Source of the DNA: a virus
Taxonomy: Duplodnaviria; Heunggongvirae; Uroviricota; Caudoviricetes
Virus record (IMG/VR): IMGVR_UViG_3300028603_000003
DNA: 64,000 nt
Reading direction: 5' to 3' (one strand)
Part shown: positions 63,535 through 64,000 of the stretch, piece by piece
Layout of the letters: every line of letters begins with the position of its first letter
Position numbering within the stretch: position 1 is the first letter of the stretch
Position numbers and translations under genes: made by a program
Notes under the pieces: model-generated
The model's input: only the letters and a program-made list of their open reading frames with translations
Databases searched by the model: none
Told to the model about the DNA's origin: nothing

Positions 63535-64000
63535 ATGACTGTATATCAAATTCTAAAAAAGCTGGAAAATACTTCTTCTCGCAAAGAAAAAGAAGCCATC
63601 CTCTTATCTGAAAAGGATAACGAAATCCTCAAGGATGTGATTAAGATGGCTTTGAATCCGCATCTAAACTTCTACATTAGAAAGATTCCAAAATATGCCT
63701 TTACAACCGAAGAGCTTTCACTGCAAGATGCTATCGGACAATTGATTGTTATATCCGGTCGTATACTCACAGGAAATGCAGCAATCAATTTCCTAGCAGA
63801 CCTTCTTTCAAAGTGTTCCGAAGAAAATGCTTATGTGATTGAGCGAATCATCGAAAAGGATTTGAAGTGTGGAGTGTCACACTCCACAGCAAATAAAGTA
63901 TTCGGGAAAGACTTTGTGCACGAATACCCTGTCATGCTTTGTGAAAAGTTTGAGAAGAAACTTGTTGATAAACTTCCGTGGTCTACTGGAGTTCGAGTAG
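63535..64000 (+). CDS. gp30: ATP-dependent DNA ligase (N-terminal part, runs off the window)
   Basis: MTVYQILKKLENTSSRKEKEAIL...ALNP..NFYIRKIP...TGNAAI..L, IIEKDLKCGV. Confidence 0.92.
   Translation, partial: MTVYQILKKLENTSSRKEKEAILLSEKDNEILKDVIKMALNPHLNFYIRKIPKYAFTTEELSLQDAIGQLIVISGRILTGNAAINFLADLLSKCSEENAYVIERIIEKDLKCGVSHSTANKVFGKDFVHEYPVMLCEKFEKKLVDKLPWSTGVRV

Noticed and set aside
1-64000. CRISPR array, integrase, transposase or DGR (reverse transcriptase with template/variable repeats)
   Set aside because: No regularly spaced repeat-spacer array, no recombinase, transposase or RT motifs, and no adenine-specific repeat pair were seen; the repeats found are coding or terminator repeats.
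1-64000. Alternative genetic code (stop-codon reassignment)
   Set aside because: Core genes (gp46, gp23, gp20, gp18, gp17, gp6, gp5) are full-length in code 11 and end with normal stops.

Overview
A 64-kb segment of a large T4-like (Tevenvirinae/Straboviridae-related, 'Exo-T4'-type) lytic myophage in the standard genetic code. It runs from a tRNA/translation accessory region (1-3.6 kb) through the gp46-gp47-gp55-uvsW-uvsY-gp3 block. An accessory island of large enzyme-like genes follows (9.9-15.9 kb), then the head/neck/tail module (gp23, 22, 21, 67, 20, 19, 18, HNH, 17, 16, 15, 14, 13). Next come a fibre/adhesin region carrying a PagL-like lipid A deacylase and a permuted NlpC/P60 enzyme, the baseplate module (DUF4815-type pair, gp8, gp7-like, gp6, gp25, gp5, gp27-like, gp53, gp48-like, gp4, gp54-like, gp26, gp51, gp29-like), an early-promoter-driven DNA-binding gene, dsbA and the start of DNA ligase gp30. 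The most notable signals are: (1) six unrelated non-core proteins (amidoligase, ART-like, PcfJ-like, two possibly GNAT-like, one helical) that share a T4 internal-protein-like N-terminal capsid-targeting/gp21-cleavage leader, most with late promoters, suggesting a packaged and injected enzyme cocktail; (2) a PagL homologue with intact catalytic motif in a late operon; (3) a tRNA scaffold with a 34-nt anticodon loop next to two tandem look-alike hairpin elements; (4) a scaffold gp22 that looks like a polyprotein; (5) a DUF4815-type baseplate gene split at a duplicated IVAGP motif with its own terminator and late promoter. All family assignments are by motif recognition from memory; no searches were run.
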